A DNA stretch of 53,006 bases, taken from positions 1-53,006 of the forward strand of contig JAUXSI010000026.1 in the NCBI GenBank assembly GCA_030679985.1. Reading direction: 5' to 3'. Made by a program: the position numbers and the translations under genes. Of the stretch, positions 35,191-43,593 are shown one piece after another. Origin of the DNA: Candidatus Moraniibacteriota bacterium (GTDB lineage Bacteria; Patescibacteriota; Minisyncoccia; Moranbacterales; UBA2206). Under the pieces are notes generated by a model. The model was not told the origin of the DNA and searched no databases. It saw only the letters and a list, made by a program, of their open reading frames with translations. Positions within the stretch are counted from its first letter, which is position 1, and each line of letters begins with the position of its first letter.

Positions 35191-36105
35191 ATGGAAATCA
35201 TCGATCTGGACGAGAATGTCATACAGGCATTGGATTTTTTCGCGGAAAACAAAGTGCCTAGGTTTGATCTGAAAAAATTCAATCTGCCATTCGTCGTCGG
35301 CAGTGGAAACGCGTACAATGCCGGCACGATAATTTTTTCTGATAAGGCGGCTATTTTTGCCGATGAGAGTAATTTCAAAAGCATCATCAAGTCTTACGGC
35401 GCGGTCATCAAGCAGGGGTTGATCACCCAGGCGATCATCATCTCCGCCTCCGGGGAAAAAGATTCGGTTTGGGAAGTGGCCTTGGCGAAAAAATATAAGT
35501 TGAAGACCACTTTGCTGACTTGCAATGCCGATTCGTCCGCGGCTAAAATCGCCGATGAAGTGCTGGTTTACCGCAAAATCGCCGAACCGTACACTTATAA
35601 CGTTTCAACCTATCTGGGGATGATATTGTCCGCGACCAAGGAGGATCCTAAGGAGATCAAGCGGATCATCAAGGGTTTGCGGATACCTAAGGATTTTTCC
35701 AATCACAAGGGATTTTCTTTCATCCTGCCTGACAGGTTTTTGAATATCTGTCCGATGCTGGATATTAAAAAAAGCGAATTGTTCGGTCCGCATCTGTCGC
35801 TGCGCGCTTTTTCCGAAGGACATGCGCGGCACGCTAAATTCGTCATTCCGTCCGAGGAAGAATTGGTTATCAGCGTCAATAGCGATAATAAATACTTCGG
35901 GAAGTCGAAACATCGCTGGGCTGTCAAATTGCCCGGGGATGCCGGCTTCGGAGCGGTGCTATGCGTAACTTATTATCTGGTAGGCAAGATCCAAGCCAGC
36001 CAGCCGCCATATTTCAAAGAAAATATCGCCGATTATTGCAATAGCTACGGGCCGAAGGCTTATGGCAAAGACAAGCCGTTTGATGTGATCGTGCCGGGAA
36101 ATTGA
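35191..36105 (+). CDS. SIS-domain (phosphosugar-binding) protein
   Basis: VVGSGNAYNAG and IIISASGEKDS resemble SIS-fold loops. Divergent from manC. Confidence 0.6.
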   Translation: MEIIDLDENVIQALDFFAENKVPRFDLKKFNLPFVVGSGNAYNAGTIIFSDKAAIFADESNFKSIIKSYGAVIKQGLITQAIIISASGEKDSVWEVALAKKYKLKTTLLTCNADSSAAKIADEVLVYRKIAEPYTYNVSTYLGMILSATKEDPKEIKRIIKGLRIPKDFSNHKGFSFILPDRFLNICPMLDIKKSELFGPHLSLRAFSEGHARHAKFVIPSEEELVISVNSDNKYFGKSKHRWAVKLPGDAGFGAVLCVTYYLVGKIQASQPPYFKENIADYCNSYGPKAYGKDKPFDVIVPGN

Positions 36106-36134
36106 GATTGCCGGGACGACCGGGACAAAGATAG

Positions 36135-36169
36135 AAAAAAACAATCCCGCCAAACGGGATTGTTTTTTT
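36135..36169. terminator. bidirectional terminator (SIS gene / solute-binding gene)
   Basis: AAAAAAACAATCCCG ccaaa CGGGATTGTTTTTTT. Confidence 0.85.
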
Positions 36170-36192
36170 GTCCTAAGGATTGTTTGGGCGGA

Positions 36193-37839
36193 CTATTTCC
36201 AAACCCTCCGGGTGGAGATATACCACTTGTCGATATTGGCGAAGCGCTCGGAAGGCAGGATCAGATTATTGACACCGATCCCCCGGACCTTCTTGTTGAC
36301 CGGGTAGATGTAATCAGGACTGTAGAGAAAAATAGCCGGAATTTCTTCGTTCAATTTCTTTTGCAGTTCGGCATAAACCGCAGTCCTTTTGTCCGTGTCG
36401 AATTCGATTCGGCCATCTTCGATCAGTTTGTCGGTATCGGAATCCCCGAAAAGCGACAGGTTCAAGCCCGGATCCCTTTTTTGCGAAGAATGCCAGAAAG
36501 AATATGGATCGGGGTCGGCGCCGAGGACCTGGCCGAACAGGAGCGCGTCGTATTCCCGCGGCCGGATATAATTCTGTTGGATATCGGAAATGGAAAGGTT
36601 GCTGATATTGAGCCTGATTCCGGCTTTCTCCCACTGGTTTTTCAATATTTCAGCCGTCTGGGACAGTTCCGGCCAATCGGTCGTGACCAGGTTGATTTCC
36701 AAACGCACCTCGTCTTTGGTCCGGACGCCATCCTCGCCGCGTTGCCAGCCGTTGGCGTCCAGCAATTGGTTGGCCTTGTCTAAGTCGAAATTCCGCTTAT
36801 CCATATTCTCGTCGTAACCGATCATTCCGGGCAGGATGGGCGAATAGACCGGATTGCCGTTGCCATCCAGGACCGCGTCGACGATCTCTTGGCGGTTAGT
36901 AGAATAAGACAGCGCTTCGCGCACTTCGTCGGTGGCGACGGCTATGCTCTTGGATTGGTTGAAAAAGACCGCGAAATATCTCGGGATGTTGAACTTGTGG
37001 GTCGCGGTGCTTTGCTGCAGCTTTATGGCGGAGATTTTTTTCGGAGAGGTGTTGCTGATGCTCATAATCTCCTTGGTGTTGTAGGCGGCGATGACGGTTT
37101 CGTCATCAGGATAAAAATTGAAGGTTATTTTCGAGATGTAGGGTTTGCCGGCGAAATAATTCGGATTGGCATCCAGCCGGTAGGAGAGGATGTTACCTTT
37201 GGAATCCTTTTGGAACGAATTATATTTGTAAGGTCCGCTGCCGATCGGTTCGAGATTCAGGTCGGTCAGGGAGAATTTGTCCGGGCCGACCGATTCCCAG
37301 ATGTGCTTGGGCAGTATTCCGAATGTCAGGTTATTCAAGAAACCGACATACGGAGTCTTTATCTTAAATTCCAGGGAATAGTCATCAAGGATGTTCGTTT
37401 CGATGCCTTGCCAATTCGAGCGCAACGGACTTTTGTAGGCTGGATCGGAAATAAGGTTGATGGTGAACAGTACATCAGACGCGGTCAAGGGTTGTCCGTC
37501 ATGCCAAAAGACGCCTTTTTTGAGATTAATCGCATAGCGGGTTTTGTCCTCGGAAATTTCGTAGCGGTCGACCAGGTCATTGGATAGGCCGCCTTGGTCG
37601 TCATATTTGAACAGGCTGCTGAAAATCGTTTGCACCAAATCATCATCAGTGTCGTTGGAGGCGGATAGGACCGGATTTATGTGCATCGGCTGGCCCACGA
37701 TCCCTTCGATGTATTCCCCGCCGTAAGTGGCGATGGCCTCGGTTTTTGAATAGTAATAGATGCCTCCCCAACTGATTGCCGAGCCGATCAGGATGAGAAA
37801 AAGGGAATAAAAAAGGACTTTTTCTTTTAGATTGAGCAC
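36193..37839 (-). CDS. ABC-type peptide/nickel family solute-binding protein (orphan)
   Basis: N-terminal anchor. GGEYIEGIVGQP..NP and the overall length and pattern fit family-5 solute-binding proteins. No permease or ATPase genes adjacent. Confidence 0.85.
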   Translation of the reverse strand: MLNLKEKVLFYSLFLILIGSAISWGGIYYYSKTEAIATYGGEYIEGIVGQPMHINPVLSASNDTDDDLVQTIFSSLFKYDDQGGLSNDLVDRYEISEDKTRYAINLKKGVFWHDGQPLTASDVLFTINLISDPAYKSPLRSNWQGIETNILDDYSLEFKIKTPYVGFLNNLTFGILPKHIWESVGPDKFSLTDLNLEPIGSGPYKYNSFQKDSKGNILSYRLDANPNYFAGKPYISKITFNFYPDDETVIAAYNTKEIMSISNTSPKKISAIKLQQSTATHKFNIPRYFAVFFNQSKSIAVATDEVREALSYSTNRQEIVDAVLDGNGNPVYSPILPGMIGYDENMDKRNFDLDKANQLLDANGWQRGEDGVRTKDEVRLEINLVTTDWPELSQTAEILKNQWEKAGIRLNISNLSISDIQQNYIRPREYDALLFGQVLGADPDPYSFWHSSQKRDPGLNLSLFGDSDTDKLIEDGRIEFDTDKRTAVYAELQKKLNEEIPAIFLYSPDYIYPVNKKVRGIGVNNLILPSERFANIDKWYISTRRVWK

Positions 37840-37915
37840 TCGGACTATTTTCGGCCATTGCGTAAGCGACGGCCAGCGGTTTGTACTGTTATTACGTATA
37901 TGTTTGCGTTACTGC

Positions 37916-38146
37916 TTAAGAAATCTGGCTGACCGCGATCAGGTTGGCGATCGCCAAGATGATGAAAATGACAGCTAGGGCGGAAGACAGGATGACCAGG
38001 AATTTTTCGAAGCCTCTTTTGCTGTAATATCCTCCGAAGTCCCCGCCGAAGCTGGAGGAAAGTCCGGCGCCCCGGTTTTGCATCAGGATGGATAGGATGA
38101 GCAGGATGGCGACGATGATTTCGCCGATGTTGATGAGTCTTAACAT
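37916..38146 (-). CDS. secG: preprotein translocase subunit SecG
   Basis: ILLILSILMQNRGAGLSSSFGG signature and two TM helices. Confidence 0.9.
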   Translation of the reverse strand: MLRLINIGEIIVAILLILSILMQNRGAGLSSSFGGDFGGYYSKRGFEKFLVILSSALAVIFIILAIANLIAVSQIS

Positions 38147-38150
38147 AAGT

Positions 38151-38513
38151 TTAAAATTTATTGAAATCAGTTTTATCCCTGTGCAGGTGGGAGATAAAAT
38201 GATTCATTATGCTTAATATGATTACTCCCCAAAAAGCCGGCCAAAAACCCTGGATCGTCAGTTGCGCGAGAAGCTTGTCGGCCAGAAGCAGAAGGCCGAC
38301 ATTGATGATTATGCTGAAAAGTCCAAGGGTCAAGAAAACGACGGGCAGGGCGATTATTTCGATTACGGGCTTGACCAAAGCGTTGATGAGGCCGATTACT
38401 ACGCCGGCCGTCAGCAGGTCGATCGGGGAACCACTGAAAATAAAGCCCGGAATGAGCTTTGTGGCTATCAAAATCGCTACACAATTGGCTAAAATCCTGA
38501 GTAGGATCCGCAT
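38151..38513 (-). CDS. DUF360 / phage-holin-4-family membrane protein
   Basis: Four TM helices; ANCVAILIATKLIPGF...GLINALVKPV is typical of that family. Confidence 0.8.
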   Translation of the reverse strand: MRILLRILANCVAILIATKLIPGFIFSGSPIDLLTAGVVIGLINALVKPVIEIIALPVVFLTLGLFSIIINVGLLLLADKLLAQLTIQGFWPAFWGVIILSIMNHFISHLHRDKTDFNKF

Positions 38514-38549
38514 ATGTTTGATAAATAAGACTTATGGCAGTCTAACACG

Positions 38550-38693
38550 TCAAGCGCGTTTGGTCAATCCGGCCGGATCGGATTTTTTCGCGATGATGGT
38601 TTTGAGCCCGAAGACGCTTTTGCCGGAAACTTTCATTTTCGTTTTCTTTTTGACCTCACGGGTTTCAGCTTTGATTTTTGTCCGTACTTTCAT
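38550..38693 (-). CDS. possible 47-aa lysine-rich protein (below the ORF-track cutoff)
   Basis: Hand translation: MKVRTKIKAETREVKKKTKMKVSGKSVFGLKTIIAKKSDPAGLTKRA. Sits 36 nt upstream of the DUF360 gene on the same strand. Confidence 0.35.
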   Translation of the reverse strand: MKVRTKIKAETREVKKKTKMKVSGKSVFGLKTIIAKKSDPAGLTKRA

Positions 38694-38737
38694 ATCTGAA
38701 TTATAGCATAAAATGTCCTATTTTACACAAAATATCC

Positions 38738-38766
38738 TTGACTTAGGGCCAAAAACATGCTATATT
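38738..38766 (+). promoter_or_regulatory. promoter TTGACT-N17-TATATT
   Basis: Hexamers at 38738-38743 and 38761-38766. Confidence 0.6.
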
Positions 38767-38777
38767 TAATGTAAGTT

Positions 38778-38809
38778 AAAAGACGGGTGAGTTTTCACCC
38801 GTCTTTTTT
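38778..38809 (+). promoter_or_regulatory. CGGGTGA leader hairpin + U-tract
   Basis: Perfect 13-bp stem AAAAGACGGGTGA gttt TCACCCGTCTTTT, then TT. Begins 11 nt after the -10. No upstream plus-strand gene to terminate. Confidence 0.6.
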
Positions 38810-38837
38810 ACTTCATAAATAATTAAAATAAAAACAA

Positions 38838-39818
38838 ATGAGTAAAGAACAACCAATAAGTCCAAATAGAGAAAGATTTGATGAACTTGAAGAAAGGGCT
38901 AAAGCAATAAATGAGCGTTTTACAAAAGTAGGCAGTATGAATGAGGCTGTATCGCTGGGTTATCAATCAAGTTCGGTGGAGAATATGAAAAAAGGACTTA
39001 AAATGCAAAATGAAGATGAGGCCTATGGTATAGAAGATAGTAGAAAGCAGCTTTCAGAAGCTGCAGTTTTAGGTAATGCAGACAAGATTATAGAATTGGG
39101 ACAACAAATGAAAGTTTTGCAGCAAGGCGGTATAAGCGAGAAAAGCATAATGGAAAATAACGAAGCAAAGATTATTGAAGTTCGATCGAAGTTAGGTGAG
39201 TCTGGGGGGAATCCAAAAATTGAGGAATTACTCGAAGAGAAGTTCGAAGGCCCTTCCTTTGGATATGATACTGTTACTAGGAATGGCGGAGAAGTCGTTG
39301 CTTTTAAAGGAGAGAATGTTAAAGATCTTCAGAAAGGAAATAAAATTGAGCTTAATAGAGACGCTAATGGTATTAAAGCAGGAGAAGAAGTGTATATAAT
39401 TAGGCTTTCTGATCCAAGGGGGGATAATTTAGATTTTTCCTTGTATGTTAAGACTGATGATGGTCGGAGTGCTTCAATAGGCCTCGGATACATTGCAAAT
39501 AGAGAGCAAGAAAGACAAGAATTAATTGATGAAAATGAATTAGGTAAGATAATTGATAATATAGCAGGAAAGAAGGGTATTTTAGAAAAAAATGGCAATG
39601 AAGATATCTATACTTACAAAGATAATAAAACTGATTTGGTTATCATTCGCGACATTACTCACTATAATAATCCTCCCTATTTTGGTGAAGGCTTAGTTGT
39701 TAAATATAAAGGGGAGGTAGTTTTTAAAAGGGCTGGTCTTAAAGTCTCTGTTAATGAAGGCGGAAGTTTTAATGGAGATTGGCTTAAAAGAATAAAAGAA
39801 ATAGATAGTGAGAAATAA
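38838..39818 (+). CDS. hypothetical protein, AT-rich orphan gene
   Basis: Own promoter and leader hairpin upstream, strong terminator downstream. Visibly lower GC than flanking genes. No signal peptide or recognisable domain. Confidence 0.7.
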   Translation: MSKEQPISPNRERFDELEERAKAINERFTKVGSMNEAVSLGYQSSSVENMKKGLKMQNEDEAYGIEDSRKQLSEAAVLGNADKIIELGQQMKVLQQGGISEKSIMENNEAKIIEVRSKLGESGGNPKIEELLEEKFEGPSFGYDTVTRNGGEVVAFKGENVKDLQKGNKIELNRDANGIKAGEEVYIIRLSDPRGDNLDFSLYVKTDDGRSASIGLGYIANREQERQELIDENELGKIIDNIAGKKGILEKNGNEDIYTYKDNKTDLVIIRDITHYNNPPYFGEGLVVKYKGEVVFKRAGLKVSVNEGGSFNGDWLKRIKEIDSEK

Positions 39819-39835
39819 AAGTGAGTAACGATTAG

Positions 39836-39865
39836 CTCCGGAGGTTCAACCTTCGGAGTTTTTTT
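39836..39865 (+). terminator. intrinsic terminator after the AT-rich orphan gene
   Basis: CTCCGGAGG ttcaa CCTTCGGAG, then T7. Confidence 0.8.
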
Positions 39866-39936
39866 GTGCGTGGAAATTATTGCTGTGTTTCCTTGTAATT
39901 AATAGCGGATTGGATTAAAGTTAACGGTATGAAATT

Positions 39937-39971
39937 CCCCGTAAAATGATTCGTGGCGAATCATCACGGGG
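39937..39971 (+). promoter_or_regulatory. two-tier hairpin / palindrome 25 nt upstream of uvrB
   Basis: CCCCGT aaa ATGATTCG tgg CGAATCAT c ACGGGG. Confidence 0.55.
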
Positions 39972-39996
39972 CAAGCCAAGTTAAGTAAATTTTAGT

Positions 39997-41955
39997 ATGC
40001 AATTTAAGATTAACAGTAAATACAAGCCGGCTGGGGACCAGCCGCAGGCGATTGAGAAACTGGTGGCCGGCCTCAAAACTGGCAATAAATTCCAGACGCT
40101 TTTAGGCGTGACAGGGTCGGGCAAAACTTTCACGATCGCCAATGTGATCGAGCAGGTGCAGAAGCCGACTTTGGTGATCGCGCCCAACAAGACTTTGGCG
40201 GCCCAGTTGGCCCAGGAATTCCGGACTTTTTTCCCGAAAAACGCGGTGGAATATTTCGTGTCCTACTATGACTATTACCAGCCGGAAGCCTACATCGCTT
40301 CCTCTGATACGTATATTGAAAAGGAATCCCAGATCAATGAAGAGATTGACCGGTTGCGCCATGCTTCGACGGCCGCCCTGCTGTCGCGGGAGGATGTGAT
40401 TATCGTGGCTTCGGTGTCGTGCATCTACGGTTTGGGCTCCCCGGAATATTACCGGGATATTTCGCTGGAAATCAAAGTCGGGCAGAAAATATCGCGCGAC
40501 GAGATTGCGAGCGAGCTTGTCGATATGCAATATCTGCGGACGGACATTTTGGGACGCAGCAAATTCCGTATGACCGGGGAGACGATCGAAGTGATGTCGC
40601 CGGCACGGGAAATCGTGACGCGCATCGAGCTCTGGGACGGGCAGGTGGAAAAGATTTTTGAATATGATTTTTTGACCGGCAGTGAATTGGGCCGGCTTGG
40701 GCAAGCGATGATTTTCCCGGCTAAGCATTTCGTGGTGCCGGAGCCGATCATGCAAGAAGCGCAAAGCGCGATTGAAAAAGATCTGGCAAGCCAAGTCGCC
40801 CTTCTGAAAAATGCCGGCAAGTTGCTGGAAGCGGAGCGGTTGAGCCGGCGCACGCGCCAGGATATCGAAATGATGCGCGAAATCGGCTATTGCAACGGCA
40901 TTGAGAATTATTCGCGCTATCTGACGGGGCGCAATGCGGGGGAGGCGCCCGACACTTTGATCGATTATTTCCCTAAGGACTTTTTGATGGTCGTTGACGA
41001 ATCGCACGTGACCATCCCGCAGATCGGCGGGATGTTCAACGGGGATTATTCGCGCAAGAAATCTTTGGTGGACAACGGCTTCCGCCTGCCGAGCGCCTTT
41101 GATAACCGGCCGTTGAAATTTCCGGAATTTGAGAAAAAAATAAAGCAGTTGATATTCACTTCGGCGACGCCGTCCGTGTATGAAAAAGAACATTCGGAGC
41201 AAGTGGTGGAGCAGATTATCCGACCGACGGGACTTATCGATCCGGAAGTCATCATTAAGCCGGCCAAGGGGCAAGTGAAAGATGTCTTGCCGGAAATCGA
41301 AAAAATCGTCGCGAAAAAAGAACGGGTGCTGATCACGACGCTGACGAAAAAAATGGCCGAAGATTTGTCGGAATTCCTGCTGGAAAACAAAATCAAGGCG
41401 GACTATCTGCACTCTTCGGTCGAAACGTTGGACCGCATCCGCATTTTGGAAAACCTGCGACGCGGCGAATTCGACGTGCTGGTGGGCGTGAACCTTTTGC
41501 GGGAAGGTTTGGATCTGCCGGAAGTGTCCCTGGTCGCGATTTTGGACGCGGACAAGGAAGGTTTTTTGCGCAGCGAAACCTCGCTGATCCAGACGATCGG
41601 GCGGGCGGCGCGCAATGTTTCAGGCAAAGTCATTTTATACGCGGACCAAATCACCGGTTCGATGAAGCGGGCGATCGACGAGACCAACCGGCGGCGGGCG
41701 GTGCAGACGGCTTATAATAAAAAACACCACATAACGCCCAAAACGATCAAGAAAAACATCGAATCGATAGTGGACCATGAGATCAAACCGGAGCTTACGC
41801 GCGATTTCACGGAACTGGAATCTTTGGAAGATATCCAGGGCTATATCAAACAGAAAGAGCGCGAGATGAAAGAGGCTTCCAAACTTTTGCAATTCGAGAA
41901 AGCGGCGGTTATCCGGGATGAAATCGCCGAGTTGCGCAAGTTGCAATTGAAATAG
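39997..41955 (+). CDS. uvrB: excinuclease ABC subunit B
   Basis: GVTGSGKTFT Walker A, VVDESHVT, helicase motifs, C-terminal UVR domain FEKAAVIRDEIAELRK. Confidence 0.98.
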   Translation: MQFKINSKYKPAGDQPQAIEKLVAGLKTGNKFQTLLGVTGSGKTFTIANVIEQVQKPTLVIAPNKTLAAQLAQEFRTFFPKNAVEYFVSYYDYYQPEAYIASSDTYIEKESQINEEIDRLRHASTAALLSREDVIIVASVSCIYGLGSPEYYRDISLEIKVGQKISRDEIASELVDMQYLRTDILGRSKFRMTGETIEVMSPAREIVTRIELWDGQVEKIFEYDFLTGSELGRLGQAMIFPAKHFVVPEPIMQEAQSAIEKDLASQVALLKNAGKLLEAERLSRRTRQDIEMMREIGYCNGIENYSRYLTGRNAGEAPDTLIDYFPKDFLMVVDESHVTIPQIGGMFNGDYSRKKSLVDNGFRLPSAFDNRPLKFPEFEKKIKQLIFTSATPSVYEKEHSEQVVEQIIRPTGLIDPEVIIKPAKGQVKDVLPEIEKIVAKKERVLITTLTKKMAEDLSEFLLENKIKADYLHSSVETLDRIRILENLRRGEFDVLVGVNLLREGLDLPEVSLVAILDADKEGFLRSETSLIQTIGRAARNVSGKVILYADQITGSMKRAIDETNRRRAVQTAYNKKHHITPKTIKKNIESIVDHEIKPELTRDFTELESLEDIQGYIKQKEREMKEASKLLQFEKAAVIRDEIAELRKLQLK

Positions 41956-42039
41956 GTCTGGGCCAGGCAGGGACTATTTTACTCTAAAAAACATCCATGT
42001 TAAAATTATGAAAAGCAGTAAAACAAGGATTTCAAAAAT

Positions 42040-43449
42040 ATGATCAAAGAAGGACCGATGATGGGCGGCATACCGACGCAACAAAGCAAGGATGTCCCGA
42101 AGACGGAAAAATTCCAGCAATGGTATCCGATCACTGATTTGTATCGGAATGCTCCGGATAAAAAGCAATTTATGGACGCGATGAGGAAGGGCGGGATAAA
42201 TATCAAGGGAGAAAATATAACGCCCATAGATTTTTTCGCAACAAGCCCGGATTTATCGGATGATGAGATAATTGAGGCGATCGAGGGATATCTGGATGTG
42301 GAAAATCTGGAAAATAAAATAGAAGCACTCAACGATGCCTTGGTAAAAGCTAAAGATTACATTGAAAATTATTTGCATAAAGATCTTCCTAAGGAAATAA
42401 AAAACCTGAAGGACATAAAAAGCACTGCGGACATAATAAAAATATTCAAAAGGACCGTGGTGGCGAAGGAGGGTGAGGGAGTCGGTTTGTCACCGGCATA
42501 TTGCGCGCTTATTTCAGTGGCGGTAGCGTCTTTTGAATTTGGAAAAAAAGAAATGGATGGCTTGACGAAAGAAAGCGAGTTTCTGTATGAATCTATGTTC
42601 AAAGCGGATGAGAACACGGGGGTCCAAAATTTCCATTGTCCGCAAAAGGAGCGGACCGGGTATGATAAGGTTATCATTTATGATGATGTCGATCAGAGCA
42701 CGGTCATAGGCAACGCTTATTTCAGAGGTAAAAATGAAGATAGCTTGATATCAAAATTCATAAACAAGCCGGAAGCTACGGCTGAAGAGGCGGCTAAGGA
42801 CGGAATCGGCTTTAAGTTCGAAGTGAAGACCGTAGAGGACATCAAGAAGGTGGTCCCGGTTGTCGCGAGATATTTCAAGAAAAATTTCGGAGCCAAAGAT
42901 TTTGTTTTTGGAAATACCAAGCTTCTCGACCAGGCTGATATAGACGAGGTCAGGGAAAAAAGTGAAAAACAGCTTGGCGCATTGGGCGAGGGATCACTTA
43001 CCGTGGTGAATTATAAAAATGAATATTCCAATAAGAATTTCAAAAAATTCGGCATAAATGGAAATTTGTATGTTCCGGTGAGAGGCGATGTCGATGGGAT
43101 GAGGATCAAGCGGCAATTCGAAGTCCAAATCGTTCTGGTGGATAATGATAATGAAACAGGATTTTCCAACCATTTTGTTTATGAAATGGCTAAAAAACTT
43201 TCAGTCGTCACGAGGTTGTTCGGATCTTTTACGGAAAAATATTTGGATATAGTTTGCAATGAAGCCAGCGTGGAATCCGGGATTTCCATTGAAAAAATAA
43301 AAAGATATATGAAAGACAGTTTTTTGGTGGAAATAGAAGCCCATGGGTATTCCAGAAAGAGATATGCCAGCCGGAAAACCGCCACAAGGTTCCTGAAATC
43401 CGGTATTTTTCCAGACAAACAGATCGGAATAAGGGACATCAGACCGTAA
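42040..43449 (+). CDS. hypothetical protein with RelA/SpoT-like nucleotidyltransferase motifs
   Basis: YFRGKNEDSLISKFINK, KDGIGFKFEVKTVEDIKKV and FEVQIVLVDNDNETGFSNHFVYEMAKK match, by eye and in order, RxKxxxSxxxK, DxxGxR and EIQIRTxxxxxWxxxxHxxxYK. The N-terminal ~220 aa are unknown. Confidence 0.65.
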   Translation: MIKEGPMMGGIPTQQSKDVPKTEKFQQWYPITDLYRNAPDKKQFMDAMRKGGINIKGENITPIDFFATSPDLSDDEIIEAIEGYLDVENLENKIEALNDALVKAKDYIENYLHKDLPKEIKNLKDIKSTADIIKIFKRTVVAKEGEGVGLSPAYCALISVAVASFEFGKKEMDGLTKESEFLYESMFKADENTGVQNFHCPQKERTGYDKVIIYDDVDQSTVIGNAYFRGKNEDSLISKFINKPEATAEEAAKDGIGFKFEVKTVEDIKKVVPVVARYFKKNFGAKDFVFGNTKLLDQADIDEVREKSEKQLGALGEGSLTVVNYKNEYSNKNFKKFGINGNLYVPVRGDVDGMRIKRQFEVQIVLVDNDNETGFSNHFVYEMAKKLSVVTRLFGSFTEKYLDIVCNEASVESGISIEKIKRYMKDSFLVEIEAHGYSRKRYASRKTATRFLKSGIFPDKQIGIRDIRP

Positions 43450-43593
43450 TGATTGCACAGGGAACGTGTCTGGCGATGCCTTTGGCGCGTATTGTGCAAA
43501 AAAGGATGGCAGTGTAAAATGGGTAAATAAACAATTAATTGATCCCGTTAAAAATGTCCAGAGTGTTTTGACGCTATGTGATGGATTGCCGGG

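Noticed and set aside
38209-38706. The 165-aa plus-strand ORF across the DUF360 gene and the spacer.
   Set aside because: It runs antisense to a well-supported membrane-protein gene and has no motifs.
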